A DNA stretch of 64,000 nt from Mobula hypostoma (taxonomy: Eukaryota), in NCBI RefSeq assembly GCF_963921235.1, contig NC_086098.1, forward strand, positions 154,566,001-154,630,000, read 5' to 3'. A program made the translations under genes and the position numbers. The notes beneath the pieces were generated by a model that did not search any database, was not told the origin of the DNA, and worked only from the letters and a program-made list of their open reading frames with translations. Below are positions 24,001-36,900 of the stretch, in pieces (position 1 is the first letter of the stretch; every line of letters starts with the position of its first letter).

Positions 24001-27000
24001 TCCATTCTGAAGAAGAAGAAGGAAAAGCAGGAGGTCCCAAACACTTGTACTCAGCAGGTTGAAACACTTATAAACGCACAGGGTTCTGCACATTCTGATG
24101 AGGCTCAGTTAAAGGCTGAGAGGTCTGACCGAGTCAAGAAAGGATTCGATCATTTTAGGTCAGATGGGTTTATATCAGTAAAGGAAGGGACAACCCCGGT
24201 ACCAGAGAAAATTCTTCGGGACACTGGGGCTTCTCAGTCACATATATTAGACAGTTTTCTAAAGTTTAATGCTGAGACTGGTACTGGAAAGGTAAATCTT
24301 ATAAAAGACATTGGGAGCGGCATGGTTTCTGTGCCGTTGCACAAGGTCACTTTAGAGTCAGGGTTGGTTTCGGGACCTGTTAAGATAGGGTTGTGCTCCA
24401 GTTTCCCGATGGAAGATGTTTCTTTGCTGTTAGAGAATGACATAGCAGGTCGTGAATTTTCTACAGCCGTGCAGTTGATGAATAAGCCTGCCATTTATGA
24501 CCCACAGATGGATGTTGATATTTATCCTGCCTGCGCAGTAACACGAAACATGATTAAAAAGTCTGCCAACCCAGACGGTTCTGTGCGGCATAATTATGAT
24601 GCCCAGGATAGCCAAAATCGGGATTTAGGTGATGATGACTTGTCAGGGACTTTTCTGCCTTCATTGTTTCAACAGGATTCAGGGAGTAAGTCTGATGAGA
24701 AAGGTTTATCTTTGCCTAGGAAGGAGTTTGTAGCAAAACAAAATCGAGATCCTGAGATTGAAGCTTTAAAAGAAGCAGCTCTCTCAGACGTAATTTTTGA
24801 GGAAATTACAAGTAGGCTAGACAAGGGAGATGCAGTGGATGTTGTATATTTGGATTTTCAGAAGGCCTTTGACAAGGTGCCACACATGAGGCTACTTAAC
24901 AAGATAAGAGCCCATGGAATTACGGGAAAGTTACATACGTGGATAGAGAGTTGGCTGATTGGCAGGAAACAGAGAGTGGGAATAAAAGGATCCCATTCTG
25001 GTTGGCTGCCAGTTACCAGTGCTGTTCCACAGGGGTCTGTGTTGGGGCCGCTTCTTTTTACATTGTACATCAACGATTTGGATTATGGAATAGATGGCTT
25101 TGTGGCTAAGTTTGCTGACGATACGAAGATAGGTGGAGGGGCCGGTAGTGCTGAGAAAACGAGAGTCTGCAGAGAGACTTGGATAGATTGGAAGACTGGG
25201 CAAAGAAGTGGCAAATGATATACAATGTTGGAAAGTGTATGGTTATGCACTTTGGCAGAAGAAATAAACGGGCAGACTATTATTTAAATGGGGAGAGAAT
25301 ACAAAGTTCTGAGATGCAACGGGACTTGGGAGTCCTCGTACAGGGTACCCTTAAGGTTAACCTTCAGGTTGAGTCGGTGGTGAAGAAGGCGAATGCAATG
25401 TTGGCATTCATTTCTAGAGGAACAGAGCATAGGAGCAGGGATGTGATGCTGAGGCTCTATAAGGCGCTGGTGAGACCTCACTTGGAGTACCGTGGGCAGT
25501 TTTGGTCTACTTATTTAAGAAAGGATGTGCTGACGTTGGCGAGGGTACATAGAAGATTTACTGGAATGATTCCGGGAATGAGAGGGTTAACATGTGAGGA
25601 ACGTTTCTCCACTCTTGACTGTATTCCTTGGAATTTAGGAAAATGAGGGGAGACCTCATAGATACATTTCGAATGTTAAAAGGCATGGACAGAGTGGATG
25701 TGGCAAAGTTGTTTCACATGATGGGGGAGTCTAGTACGAGAGGGCATGAATTAAGGATTGAAAGGCGCCCATTCAGAACAGAATTGCGAAGAATTTTTTT
25801 TTAGCCAGAGGGTGGTGAATCTATGGAATTTGTTGCCACGGGCAGTAGTGGAGGCCAAGTCATTGTGTGTATTTAAGGCAAAGATTGATAGGTGTCTAAG
25901 TAGCCGGGGCATCAAAGATTATGGTGAGAAGGCGGGGGAGTGGGACTAAATGGGAGAATGGATCAGCTCATGATAAAATGGCGGAGCAGACTCGATGGGC
26001 CGAATGGCCGACTTCTGCTCCTTTGTCTTATGGTCTTATGGTCTTATGATGAGATTAAAAGAGTGCCAGTAGGGTACTATCTCAAGGATGGGGTATTGAT
26101 GAAGAAGTGGAGACCACCTACTGTACCTGTGAATGAGGAATGGACAATTGTTCACCAAACTGTAGTTTCTAAAGTCTATAGGACTGAAATTTTAACTTTG
26201 GCTAACAATATGCCTTTAGTTGGACACTTTGGGGTGAATAAAACTGTAAACAGGATTAGGAAAAAATTTTACTGGCCTAATACGAGGAAAGATGTTGTGG
26301 CCTTTTGCAGAACCTGTCAAACTTGTCAAGTTGTGGGTAAACCTAAGGCCATCCCAGTGGCCCCACTGCGACCTATACCTGCAGTCAGTGAACCTTTTTC
26401 CAGAGTTATAGTGGATTGTGTTGGTCCATTGCCAAATACAACAGCTGGCCATCAGTATCTGTTAACCATAATGTGCACTGCATCCAGGTTCACCGAGGCG
26501 ATCCATTTCAGAAATATTAAAGCTAAAACTGTGGTGAAGGTTCTCAGCAAGTTATTTACTTTGTTCGGTTTGCCTAAAGAAATTCAATCCGATCAAATCA
26601 GTAATTTTACATCAGGATTATTCCAACAGGTAGTTTGTGAACTGGAAGCTAAACAAATTGCATCATCCGCGTATCATCCAGACTCACAAGGAGATTTAGA
26701 AAGATTTCATTCTACTCTCAAAACGATTATTAAGAAATACTGTATTGAGAATGAAAAAAACTGGGATGAGGGGGTACATCTGCTCCTATTTGCTGTAAGA
26801 GAATCGGTGCAGGAATCGCTGCATTCAAACTCGTATTTGGTCACAGAGTGAGGGGACCTTTGACCTTGCTGAGGGAACAGTGGACTGAACGAAAAGTGCA
26901 TGTCAGCTTGTTAAGTTATGTTTTGGTGTTCAAAAATAAATTACACCAAGTCTTGCAACGCAAAACCTACAGAATTCTCAAAATAAAATGAAACATTGGT

Positions 27001-28643
27001 ATGATAAGCGAGCTCGAGAAAGGACATATCACGTGGGAGACAAAGTATCGGTGTTATTTCCAATGTTGACGAATCCGCTCCAAGCAAAGTTTAGCAGGCC
27101 ATACGAAATAATCTCTGAAATTGATTCTTTGAATTTTGTTATTAAAACACCCGATCGAAGAAAACCCACACAGGTGGGTTTTGTAAATATGACAAAGCGT
27201 TACTTTGACCCGGAGACGCCATCTGCTAGCGTTGTTGTGGGAACATGTGAAACTAGAGGGCCTGTGAATGGGATAACTGACTCATCTGAGAATTTTAACA
27301 AGCCAAACATAGTCTCAGTGAGGCTTATGAACTCAGTTATTCTGGAAAACATTCATAACAAGTTGGTCCATTTGCAGCCAAAGCAAAGACAACAACTGAA
27401 AGAATTAATTCTAAAGTTTGAAGACTTGTTTCCCAATGTACCGAAACAAACTTCGGTCGCTGTGCATGACGTAGATGTTGGTCAAGCTGACCCAATTAAT
27501 CCGCACTCCTATCGCATGAACGTAGAAAAGAGTGCATTGCCTGAGCAGGAGATTGAATATATACTGGAAAATGGCACTATCAGGCCGTCAACATCAGACT
27601 GGGCTTTACCCTGTGTTATTGTGCCCAAACCTAACGGTAGCGTTGGATTTTGTACTGATTATAGGAAGGTAAATGCAGTAACAAAGACAGATGATTATCC
27701 AATCCCGAGAGTGGATGATTGCATTGATAAGTTTGGAAAAACTAAGTTCCTTATAAAGATTGATGTATTAAAAGGGTATTGGTGTGCTACATTGACGGAG
27801 AGAGGCAAAGAAACTTCTGTGATTGTGACACCTTCTGGATTGTACGAATATAACGTGGTGCCGTTTGGAATGAAGAATGTTCCAGGAACCTTCAAAAGAA
27901 TGATTAACTCTGTAATTCGAGGAATAGAAAATACAGATGCCTATATTGATAACTTATTCATAAGGAGTAACACTTGGGAAGGACATATCTCGGCAGTAGA
28001 AAAACTGTTTGACAGGCTTTCCAGGGCCAACCTTACAGTGAACTTAGCTAAGACTGAATTTGGCCATTCCTGTTCCAACTGGTAAGAAAGCTCTTAGAAA
28101 GGTTTTGGGAATGGTTGGATATTGCCGAAAGTTTTGAACTTTGCTGATATCGCTCTTCCCCTAACTAATCTCCTACGGAAGGGTGAGAAGTTTGTTTAGA
28201 CCGAACCTTGTCAGGAGGCATTTGCTTGATTAAAAGCTGTTCTATGTCATCAACCTGTGCTCAGGGCACTTGATTTTACATAGCCATTTTCTACAGCTGT
28301 GGATACCAGTGACATGGCTGCCGGGACAGTGTTATTACAAAAAGATGATGATGATGTTGAACATCCTGTAGCTTATTTTTCCGGGAAATTTAATGAACCT
28401 CAAAGAAATTATTCTACTATAGAGAAAGAGCTGTTGTCACCCATTTTGGCTTTCCAACATTTTGATATCTATGTTGGTCCTGCGCAGAAACCACTTGTGG
28501 TTTACACTGATCATAACCCGTTAGTGTTTCTGAGTAGGGTAAAGAACAAAAACAGAAGGTTGTTAAACTGGAGTCTAATTTTGCAAGAATATGATAAGGT
28601 AATACAGCATGTGAAAGGCCCAGACTGTCTGTCCAGATGCTAA
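24001..28643 (+). pseudogene. Gypsy pol remnants: protease, integrase, RT, RNase H
   Basis: ILRDTGASQS protease; GHFGVNKT...CRTCQTC and IVDCVGP / SDQ / HPDSQG integrase (~26050-26850); CTDYRKVN...YIDN RT (~27400-28085); RNase H 28299-28643; stops and frameshifts present. Confidence 0.88.
24790..26047 (+). mobile_element. 5'-truncated CR1 LINE inserted in Gypsy pol
   Basis: RT motifs; (GTCTTATG)x3 tail; host frame ALSD then DEIKRVP rejoins across the insertion. Confidence 0.9.
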
Positions 28644-29672
28644 GCTAAGTTCAAGAAAAAAACTGGCATTTGTATACGCTTCTGCAATGTGTTACATGAT
28701 AATCACATATATATTGTTTTGCATTCTATAGTTTGCAGTTAAAATGTTGCTCTTTGATCAAAATTTTCTTTTTGGGGGGGAAGTGTGATGAGCCCCTCGG
28801 TTTATCTAGCCGTGGACTGTCATTTTTAAGAGCGAGTGTCTGAGTGACGTCAGCCGCCGGCTTTCTTGGCTCCTGTTTGCTTCTTACCAAGACAGAGAAG
28901 GGGCGAAACTATGGGACTCTGCAGCTTGTTTTGATTTAAGCAGGGGCACTCACTCACACACAGTCAGTCGCAGTTGGAGTCGGACAATGGAAGGAAGCCA
29001 GTAACTAATGGGTCACTGGTTGGAACTTTCGAGTGCCCACAAGGGTGGGTTGATTATCGATCGAGCGCATCGATAAGTGGTTATCACGTTATGTGATTGG
29101 GGCAACCTTGTGGAATCTACCTATGAGTTAACCCTTGCCTGGGTAGTAGTTCCTTTTGAAGACAGTACCCAGTGATAAGCTACTATTGGTAATAATTCGT
29201 AAGTGGATTTGGAACGACGACGGGTAAACCCTACGGCGATTGCTATCCTGTTTACCACCGTGGAAGCTGTGGAATACGACATAAAGGCCTTCTCTTGACA
29301 TTCACCTTGGATTACAAATATCTCTCTCTCATCCTTTAAACCGTGGATGAACTGAACTTTCATACATTACCATCTCAAGATTTTAAGCCTGGTGCCCCCC
29401 CCCCCCCCGAGTTCAATAGTTTGGGAGTTATATTTACACATATGTATACCCATAACACTGTAAACTCTTGATTCTTTTTGTTTAATTTGCTACATTAAGT
29501 AGATATTAATAAAGATAGTGGTTTTAACTTCAAAACCAGACTCCAGGTGTGGTCTATTGCTGCTGGTTTATTTAAACCGTAACGGATACGTAATACTACA
29601 TTCTTTCATTGGTCTAATTGGACCTCGCCAACAAAACAAGCAAGCCTTGTCTTAAAAACGCTAAAGAGCAAG

Positions 29673-29920
29673 CATTAGTGGTCACTTGATTAGGTACGCC
29701 TGCACATCGGTTCCTTAATGCAAATATCTAATCCGTCAGTCATATAGCAGCAGCTTAATGAACATGCAGACAAGAGCAGCAGGCGCTGTTCAGATCAAAC
29801 ATCCGAATGTGGAAGAAAAATGATCTAAATTATTTTGAGCGTGGAATATGTGTTTGCACCAGACGGAGTGACTTGAGTATATTAGAAATTGCGGGTTTCC
29901 TGCGTTTTTCACGCAATAAA
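29673..29920 (+). mobile_element. Tc1/mariner-like transposon 5' remnant, paralogous to 5690-5930
   Basis: AGTGGTCACTTGATTAGGTAC resembles a Tc1-like ITR start. Confidence 0.6.
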
Positions 29921-32266
29921 GTGCCTCATGAGTTTATGTTCGTGGTCTTCTGCTGCTACAGACCATTCACTTTGAGATTCGACGTGTTGGACGTTCAGAG
30001 ATGCTCTTCTGCACAGAACTGGTGTAACGCGTGGGTAATTGGGCTACTGTCGCCTTCCTGTCAGCTTCATCCGGTTTGGCCATTCTCCTATGAGCTCGCT
30101 CATTAATAATTATATTTTTGTTTGTTTTAGTATCATTCTCTTAAGCTCAAATAAAATGAACACTGACTGTATATGAAAGAGCACAGAAGCTTTAACAGAA
30201 AGCCGTTAGCTGAAAGTGCAAATACAAGTAAATAAGCATGGACCGACAGATATTACCGAAGCATGCCTGCTAGACTATTTGGATTGGGACTCGAATATTA
30301 AAGTTAATGTCATATTCAGGAAGGACAGGAAGATGAGAAAATGCACAAGGATTCGTTGATAGTGAATGTTGAACACAGAGAAATGAAGATCGATGGCCTA
30401 TTTTCAGGGCACGAGGAGGAAGAGGTGGTTTGAAATATAATAAAGCAAAATTCTCCTGTGATAGATGAATCCTGGCACAAATACAGTAGCACGATATTAG
30501 GGCAATATGCATCCGACAAAACAAAGGCTGTTTACCATAATTGCACGTTCAATTATGCTCTGAATCAATTTCCGAAAATAGGTTCATTGAAGTCGTTACT
30601 CCAGAATTAATGTTATCTTTTTCAAACTGACGTCATACAAATATCTGGAAATATCCCCGAGAAAACACGGGCGATATTTGCTGCAACAGACATTTGGCGC
30701 TGGCGCTGCAGATTATCGGATAATTTCAGTTTAACGCCGAACATTAGACAGGATACGCCAATCCAATCCTTTACCGCTCTCTGTGTTTTAAATAAAATTT
30801 ACGTCCCAACTTCTTAAAAAAACACAAATAAATCAACCAACGACCAGCGGTGTATTACTGAGTCTCACTGAAACACTGCAAAGGAGAGATCTCCGCTGAA
30901 AATCTGAAACACTTTCCATCTATTTTCGAGGTATCATGTTGCACTACAGCACTCCCTCAGTCCCCGCCACCCTGAATGAAACGCTAAACAGTTGCATTGT
31001 CCATCCACCATCACAAGCTCTTCAGCTCATCCGTGCAGTCAACGCTTTAAATGCATTGTCGGAATTAATCTTCAAGGCGTTTTACATTGCCGTTATAAGC
31101 GTACAACATGTAACACAGGAAAGCTTTTACCCGAGCAGTTTAACACAATATTCTGTGGAATATATTGATGATACTTTCCACTTCGGAGACGAAAGCGCAG
31201 AACAACAGGCATATGAAGATGAATTTCCGAGATATATTTGGGAAATAACAAGTGGATAAGCCTCAGAAACACTACTCAAATTCCTTTTCAACTTTCCTTA
31301 TAACATGGCAGTTTTCTCGCAATAACCAACTCGTTGTAAACTATTCTTTCTGTTCCCCTGGATCAATTAATCGCTTCCTACTTCTGGTCAGATGCAGCCC
31401 TTCTCGCCCTGAGCTATTTCCGCCTATGGCAACCTCAAACCCACAGTACTTGAACCGCTTCTTCCCATTTTGATACACTGCTGGTTTATGTGCCCCCTGT
31501 GCAGTTGTGTGTGTGTGTGGGGGGGGAGAGTTTGGGGAGTGTGTGGAAATGTGCAAATGTCAGTGACACTGAACCTGTGAATCGGTCATATTGGTAAATT
31601 TTCAAATTGTTTAATTGTTGTTACATACGCCGAGGTGCAGTGAACAACTTGCCTTGCAGGTCATTTATGCAGATCAGTTCATCAATGTATTGAGACAGCA
31701 CAAGCGCACAGAATAAAGTGTTATATTTACAGAGAAAGTGCGGTACAGGTTGACAGTAAGGTGCAGGGGCGTAACGAGGTAGATTGTGAGGTCCAGAGTC
31801 TATCTAATCGCAGTAGGGAAACATTCAGTGGTCACATAACAGCGAGATAGAGGCTGTCCTTGAGCCTGGTGGTATGTGCCTTTATGGCTTTTGGATCTTC
31901 TGCCCGATGGAACGGGGGAGAAGAGAGAATGTCCGTGATGGATGACGTCTTGCTTATATTGGCTGCTTTGCCGAGTGTACACAGAATCCATGGAGAGGAA
32001 TTGGCTTCCGTGATCTGCTGTAGTCTATGCACCACTCTCTGTAGTTTATTTCATTTACCAGCAGAGCAGACACCATACCCAGCCGTGCTGCATCCAGACA
32101 GAATTCATCGATAAACGTTGGTGAGAGTCAAAGTTAGAGCGCCGGTGAGCGCTCTTTGCCCTGACATCTACGTGGTTGGACCAGGATGGGTTGTTGGTGG
32201 TGTCCACTGCACGGAACTTGAATTTCTCAGCCCTCCCTCTTGACCTCAACATCGTTTACATCGTTG

Positions 32267-32370
32267 CCCCGCCTATTTCCTGAAATCAAGATCCAATTCA
32301 TTCGTGAGTGGAGATTTGCATGAATATACATTTCAGTGACTTTGGAGTCGTCCACAGTTCTTAAGGAGCA
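32267..32370 (+). promoter_or_regulatory. IgL cluster 2 promoter with intact octamer
   Basis: CCCCGCC, ATTTCCTG, CCAAT and ATTTGCAT at 32314-32321; same layout as cluster 1. Confidence 0.85.
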
Positions 32371-32440
32371 GTTTCAAAAGCCCTGAACAGGACTTGTGTC
32401 CGAAAGCCTTTGACTTCTGATTCTTCTTCTCTGCTTCACC

Positions 32441-32489
32441 ATGGCTAACTGGGTCCTGGTTCTTGCCGCGTTTGTGTACTGTTTGATCA
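32441..32489 (+). CDS. IGL: Ig lambda cluster 2 leader exon ([16 protein letters not shown])
   Basis: Signal peptide; GTAAGT donor at 32490; 91-bp intron ending in CAG at 32580. Confidence 0.93.
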
Positions 32490-32580
32490 GTAAGTAGAAT
32501 ACTTATTCTTAGCCATTACTGTCCTTTATGCCGTGTTTTTAACTTAAGGGTTGCAAATAATTATTTGTTATTTTTGCCAG

Positions 32581-32922
32581 CTGCAAACGCGGAGATGACT
32601 TTGACTCAGTCTCCGTCCGTATCGGCGTCTCCGGGTAGAACCGTGAAAATCATTTGTACCATGTCAGGGGGTAGCATCGGCAGCTACTACACGAGCTGGT
32701 ACATGCAGAAACCCGGCAGCGCCCCAGTTTTTGTGTGGTATGGAAGCTCCAGGAGAAGATCGGGAATTCCAGATCGATTCACCGGTTCCACGGACCCATC
32801 GAGCAACCAAATGCATTTAACCATCACCAACGTGCAATGGGAGGACGCCGCCGATTATTACTGTGGTGTCTGGGGCAACAGCTTATTCACCTTTGGGAGT
32901 GGAATCAAACTGAATTTCAACA
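32581..32922 (+). CDS. IGL: Ig lambda (type II) germline-joined V-J exon, cluster 2
   Basis: Both conserved Cys and the Trp present; [22 protein letters not shown]; GTAAGT donor at 32923. Confidence 0.95.
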
Positions 32923-33569
32923 GTAAGTAAATATTTGGTGGGGGGGGGGATAATCACCTTTTGATTTCGTTTGCTTTTTTTCCGTTTGAACCTTGGAATA
33001 ATATTATCAACACTGATGCTTCTATCCGGTTTACAGAGCGCTTCCCACTTCATTTTTAGAATACCGGAGGCAGAAAACTAGCATATATGCATCCTGTTTG
33101 CTTGGTACGATTACTTAATTTAGCTGAAAAGTATCTTCAAAACAACCCGAGTTCATGGCAATAACATCTTTTAAAATAGCTTCATGAATAAATGCTTCGT
33201 GCTGTTAGCGAGTTTTTATTAAAAGTTATATTCACAACAGTGAGGTTTTGTATTAGACAGCCGAGGTGAAGTCGTGTTTAAAGCCAGCAAATTCTTGTAT
33301 GAAGGATCTGTATGCCAATCGTCTGAAATATATTTTGTTATGTTTTAAAAATTTATATCTGATAATATCACTTTATTTTGTGTGTGAATTATACTTACTC
33401 TGTTGTGCACCTTGGTCTCCTAGAACGTTGTTATGTTTGACCATATACATGTAAACAGTTTACTAACAACAAACTTTATCGTGAACCCAGAGCTTATTGG
33501 GGACAAGAGCAGAGCTGCGAATGTTAAGGAAGTGCAATAGAGAATGACTATTTCCTTAAGACCGTAAAA

Positions 33570-35160
33570 CATAGGAAAAGAATTAGGGAATTCGACCCAA
33601 CGGGTCTGCTCCGTCATTTGATCATCGCTGATATATTTTCTCTCAAGCCCATTCTCCTGACTTCTCCCCATAACCTTTTTTGTCATTAATAATCAAGAAA
33701 CTATAAAACTCCGTTCTAAATATACCCAAAGATTTGGTCTCCATAGCCTCCTTTGGCAATAAATTCCACACATTCACCACTTTCTGGATAAATAAAATCC
33801 TCGTTATCTCTGTTCTAAAGGGCTGTCCTTATATTCAAAGATTTTTCTCTCAGGTCTAGACTCTCCCACTATAGGGAGCATCCTCCCACTTCCACTCAAT
33901 CTAGCTCTTTCAGTATTCGATAGGTTAAAATGAGACCTCACCCCCCCGCCCCCCCCACCCCCGCCCCATTCTTCTAAACTGCAGCGTGTACAAGCCCGGG
34001 ACCAACAAATGTTCCTCATACTTCATCTCTTTCATTGATGGGATCATTCCTGTAAACCTCCTCTGGTCCCTCTCCAAGGTCAGCACATCCTTTCTTAGAT
34101 ATGTGGCCCAAAACCGCTCACAATACTCTAAATCTGGTCTGACTAATGCTTTTTAAAACCTTAGAATTACATCCTTGCTTTTATATTCTACTCATCTCGA
34201 AATGAATACTAACCTTGTTTTTCCCTGCCAGTTAACATTTAGGGAATCCTGCACGAGAACTTCCAAGTCCCCTTGCACCTCCGACTTCTTAATTCGGTCC
34301 CTGTCTACCTGTATTCCTTCTACCGTAGTGCACGACCATACAATTTCCTACACTGTATTCCATCTGACACTTCTTTGCCCATTCATCTGATCTGTTAAGA
34401 TCATTCTGGGGACTCCTACTGCCTCAACGCTGTCCACTCCCCCACCTACCTTTGCATCATCCGCAAACGTGGCCACAAATCCATAAATCCCGTCATCCAG
34501 ATCATTAACCTTTAGCATATGACGTAGTAGACTCAACACCGATCCTTGCAGAACACCACTTGTCACCGGTAGCCAGCCAGAAAAGATTATCCTCACGCTT
34601 TTCTCCTGCTAGTTGGCCAATGTTCCATTCATTCCTGTAATACCATGTGCTCTTATCCTGGTAAGCAGCCTGATGTGTGACACTTCGTCAATGGTCCTCT
34701 GAAAATCCAAGTCAACAACGTCCACTGACTCTTAGTTGTCTATCCTGCCTAATATTTTCTCAAGGAATCTCAACAGATTTGTCAACTAAAATTCCCCTTA
34801 AGAGAACCATGCTGTTTATGGCTTATTTTGTCGTATGCCACCAAGTACCTAGTAATTTTGTCCTTACAAATGGATTCTAGCAATCTGGATATATTTAAAT
34901 ATCGAGTAATAGGAAATTAACTGACGTCAGGGTAAATGGCCCATAATTTCCTGTATTTTTCGTCCCTCTCTTCTCAGAATGTGGAGTAATATTTGTGATT
35001 TTCCAGTCCTCCGGACCCATGGACCCATTCTTGAATGATCGGTATAAATGCATCTATAATCTATGTAACTACCGCCTTCAGAACCCTGGAGTGCAGTCCA
35101 TCTAGTTTGGTGACTTATCTAATTTCAGATCTTTCAGCCTCCCAAGCTCCTTCTCCTTCG
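33570..35160 (-). mobile_element. Decayed CR1-like fragments in the cluster 2 J-C intron
   Basis: RT-like ORF at 34348-34596; paralogous to 13110-14275 and 60590-62150. Confidence 0.75.
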
Positions 35161-36577
35161 TCATAGCAACTACTCTCACTTATGTTTAATGTCCATTTAT
35201 CTCTAATTTCGATCTCTGTTTGCTCAACTTGATTCTTTTCACGTTTACTTTAGATTCTCTTGTTCTATACCTACTAACCTGAAGTCATCAAGTTTCTAAT
35301 GCCACGTTCTAAGTTCTACCCACTTTGTCTTCATCATGACGCCACCCCAAACGCCACCTCGGCCTCACCAGTGTGATTCATCTTCTGCAATGTCTCAGTG
35401 TAAATGTCTCAAATTATCAAATTATCACTCGGCCCACCTGTTTTGTTTGCATTTCAAACGCTCCAGTCCGGCAGCCCACTGAGTATTTGCTTCCTTCTAA
35501 TTTTTGGATACCCGATCATTACGGTACTGAGTGATTTCTCCTTGACTAACAACTCTGAGGTTTGAAACACTGGAAAATCGCTCTTTAACTTTTCTGTCTC
35601 GTCGCCGTGTTTTCCTTCGAGATACTACCGTAAAACGATTTATTTGTTAATGCTGTTCTGTAGTTTTGATATCTCATTGTGTGAATGGGTTCAACTTTTC
35701 AAATTAATGAAAAAAAACATTATAAAAACCGTGACTCAGATATCTATATTTTCTGGATTTCTCAGACCTCTTAAGAGTGGTTATCGGGTTTTTTTTCAGT
35801 GTGTATTACCCCAGTCCAAACAACCCCTTCGGAATTAATTGTGGGACTAAAAACTTAAAAAACCAAGTAGAAAACTTTAACTGGTATTATTTATTCCCAT
35901 TAAAATATTTCAATGATTTTTAGCATTTCACAATCCCTCCTTTACTGCTGCGAATTATGGCATCTCCGAGGAGAGACAAAGGCACAGTATGTCAACTAAA
36001 TCGACTGCCGCATCTCTTGCTTTTTACGTGGATAGCTGCGACGACATTTCGGAGTTCTGCCACGCGCTTTGCCATATCTCTTTCGAGATTTGTTATTGGT
36101 TCTATGATTGATGCCTTTACGATTTTAACATCATGGAACATGCCAATAATCTGTAACGCTATTAACTATAGCACAGTTGCATCAGATTGAATCGGGGTAT
36201 CACGGGATATATAAAGTATATCTTATGTATTCTGGAGAGTATTTCACCATTACAGGGGTTCTGTCAGCAATCGTTCAGAATCCTCTCCAATCGGATTTTG
36301 TTTTGCCATTCCATCGAAATTTGTTATAATATTGCTTTGAATTGTGCTGTTATGAAAACATCCTCACTTTACTTTGTAGCGATGTCTAATGTTCATGATG
36401 TATATTGGTTTTGATGCGTTTGTGGAAGATCAAAATGCATTAATGAGATTCAGTTGTGCCCGGGTTCTCAAGCGTTCCGACTTTTACGGTTGTAAAATCG
36501 CTGAAAAAAAAGACAAAGTTTGATTCCAAATTATATGAATTAATACTTTACTTCCCTGCACTTCTTTCTATTTACAG

Positions 36578-36900
36578 ATCTGCGAAAACCCGCCGTGTCC
36601 GTCCTCCGACCGTATGCGGAGGAAATTCTGGGACAGGGCACCGCCACCCTGGTGTGTTTGGTGAGCGGGTTTAATCCGGCCGCTGTGAATATCGAGTGGA
36701 TGGTGGACGGCAGTACGAGAAGGAATGGCGTTGAGACCAGCCGGATTCAGCAGGACACGGACAACACGTTCAGTGCGAGCAGTTACCTGACTCTGCCAGC
36801 CTCAGACTGGAACTCACACGAGCATTACTCCTGCGTGGTTAAATACGAGTCTCAGGCAACGCCATTTCAAACAAACATCGCGCGATCCAGCTGTATGTAA
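36578..36900 (+). CDS. IGL: Ig lambda constant exon, cluster 2, intact
   Basis: TTTACAG acceptor at 36577, in phase with the J donor; GTATLVCLVSGF...SASSYLTL...YSCVVK...RSSCM-stop, with the penultimate Cys. Confidence 0.95.

Larger units (their letters stand above)
19464..29595 (+). mobile_element. Full-length decayed Gypsy LTR retrotransposon with Gmr1-like domain order (PR-INT-RT-RH)
   Basis: LTRs at 19464-20289 and 28784-29595; TSD CTAC at 19460-19463 and 29596-29599; tRNA-Pro-like PBS TGGGGGCTGGACCGGGAT after the 5' LTR; polypurine tract before 28784. Confidence 0.93.

Noticed and set aside
23986-25218. 410-aa protease-RT fusion as a novel protein
   Set aside because: Chance in-frame junction between Gypsy pol and the CR1 inserted at 24790
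12443-32300. A divergent or inverted C exon for cluster 1
   Set aside because: No ORF with C1-set motifs (TLVCL, W, YSC) on either strand in the ORF track, and the paralogous alignment shows the C-containing interval is deleted
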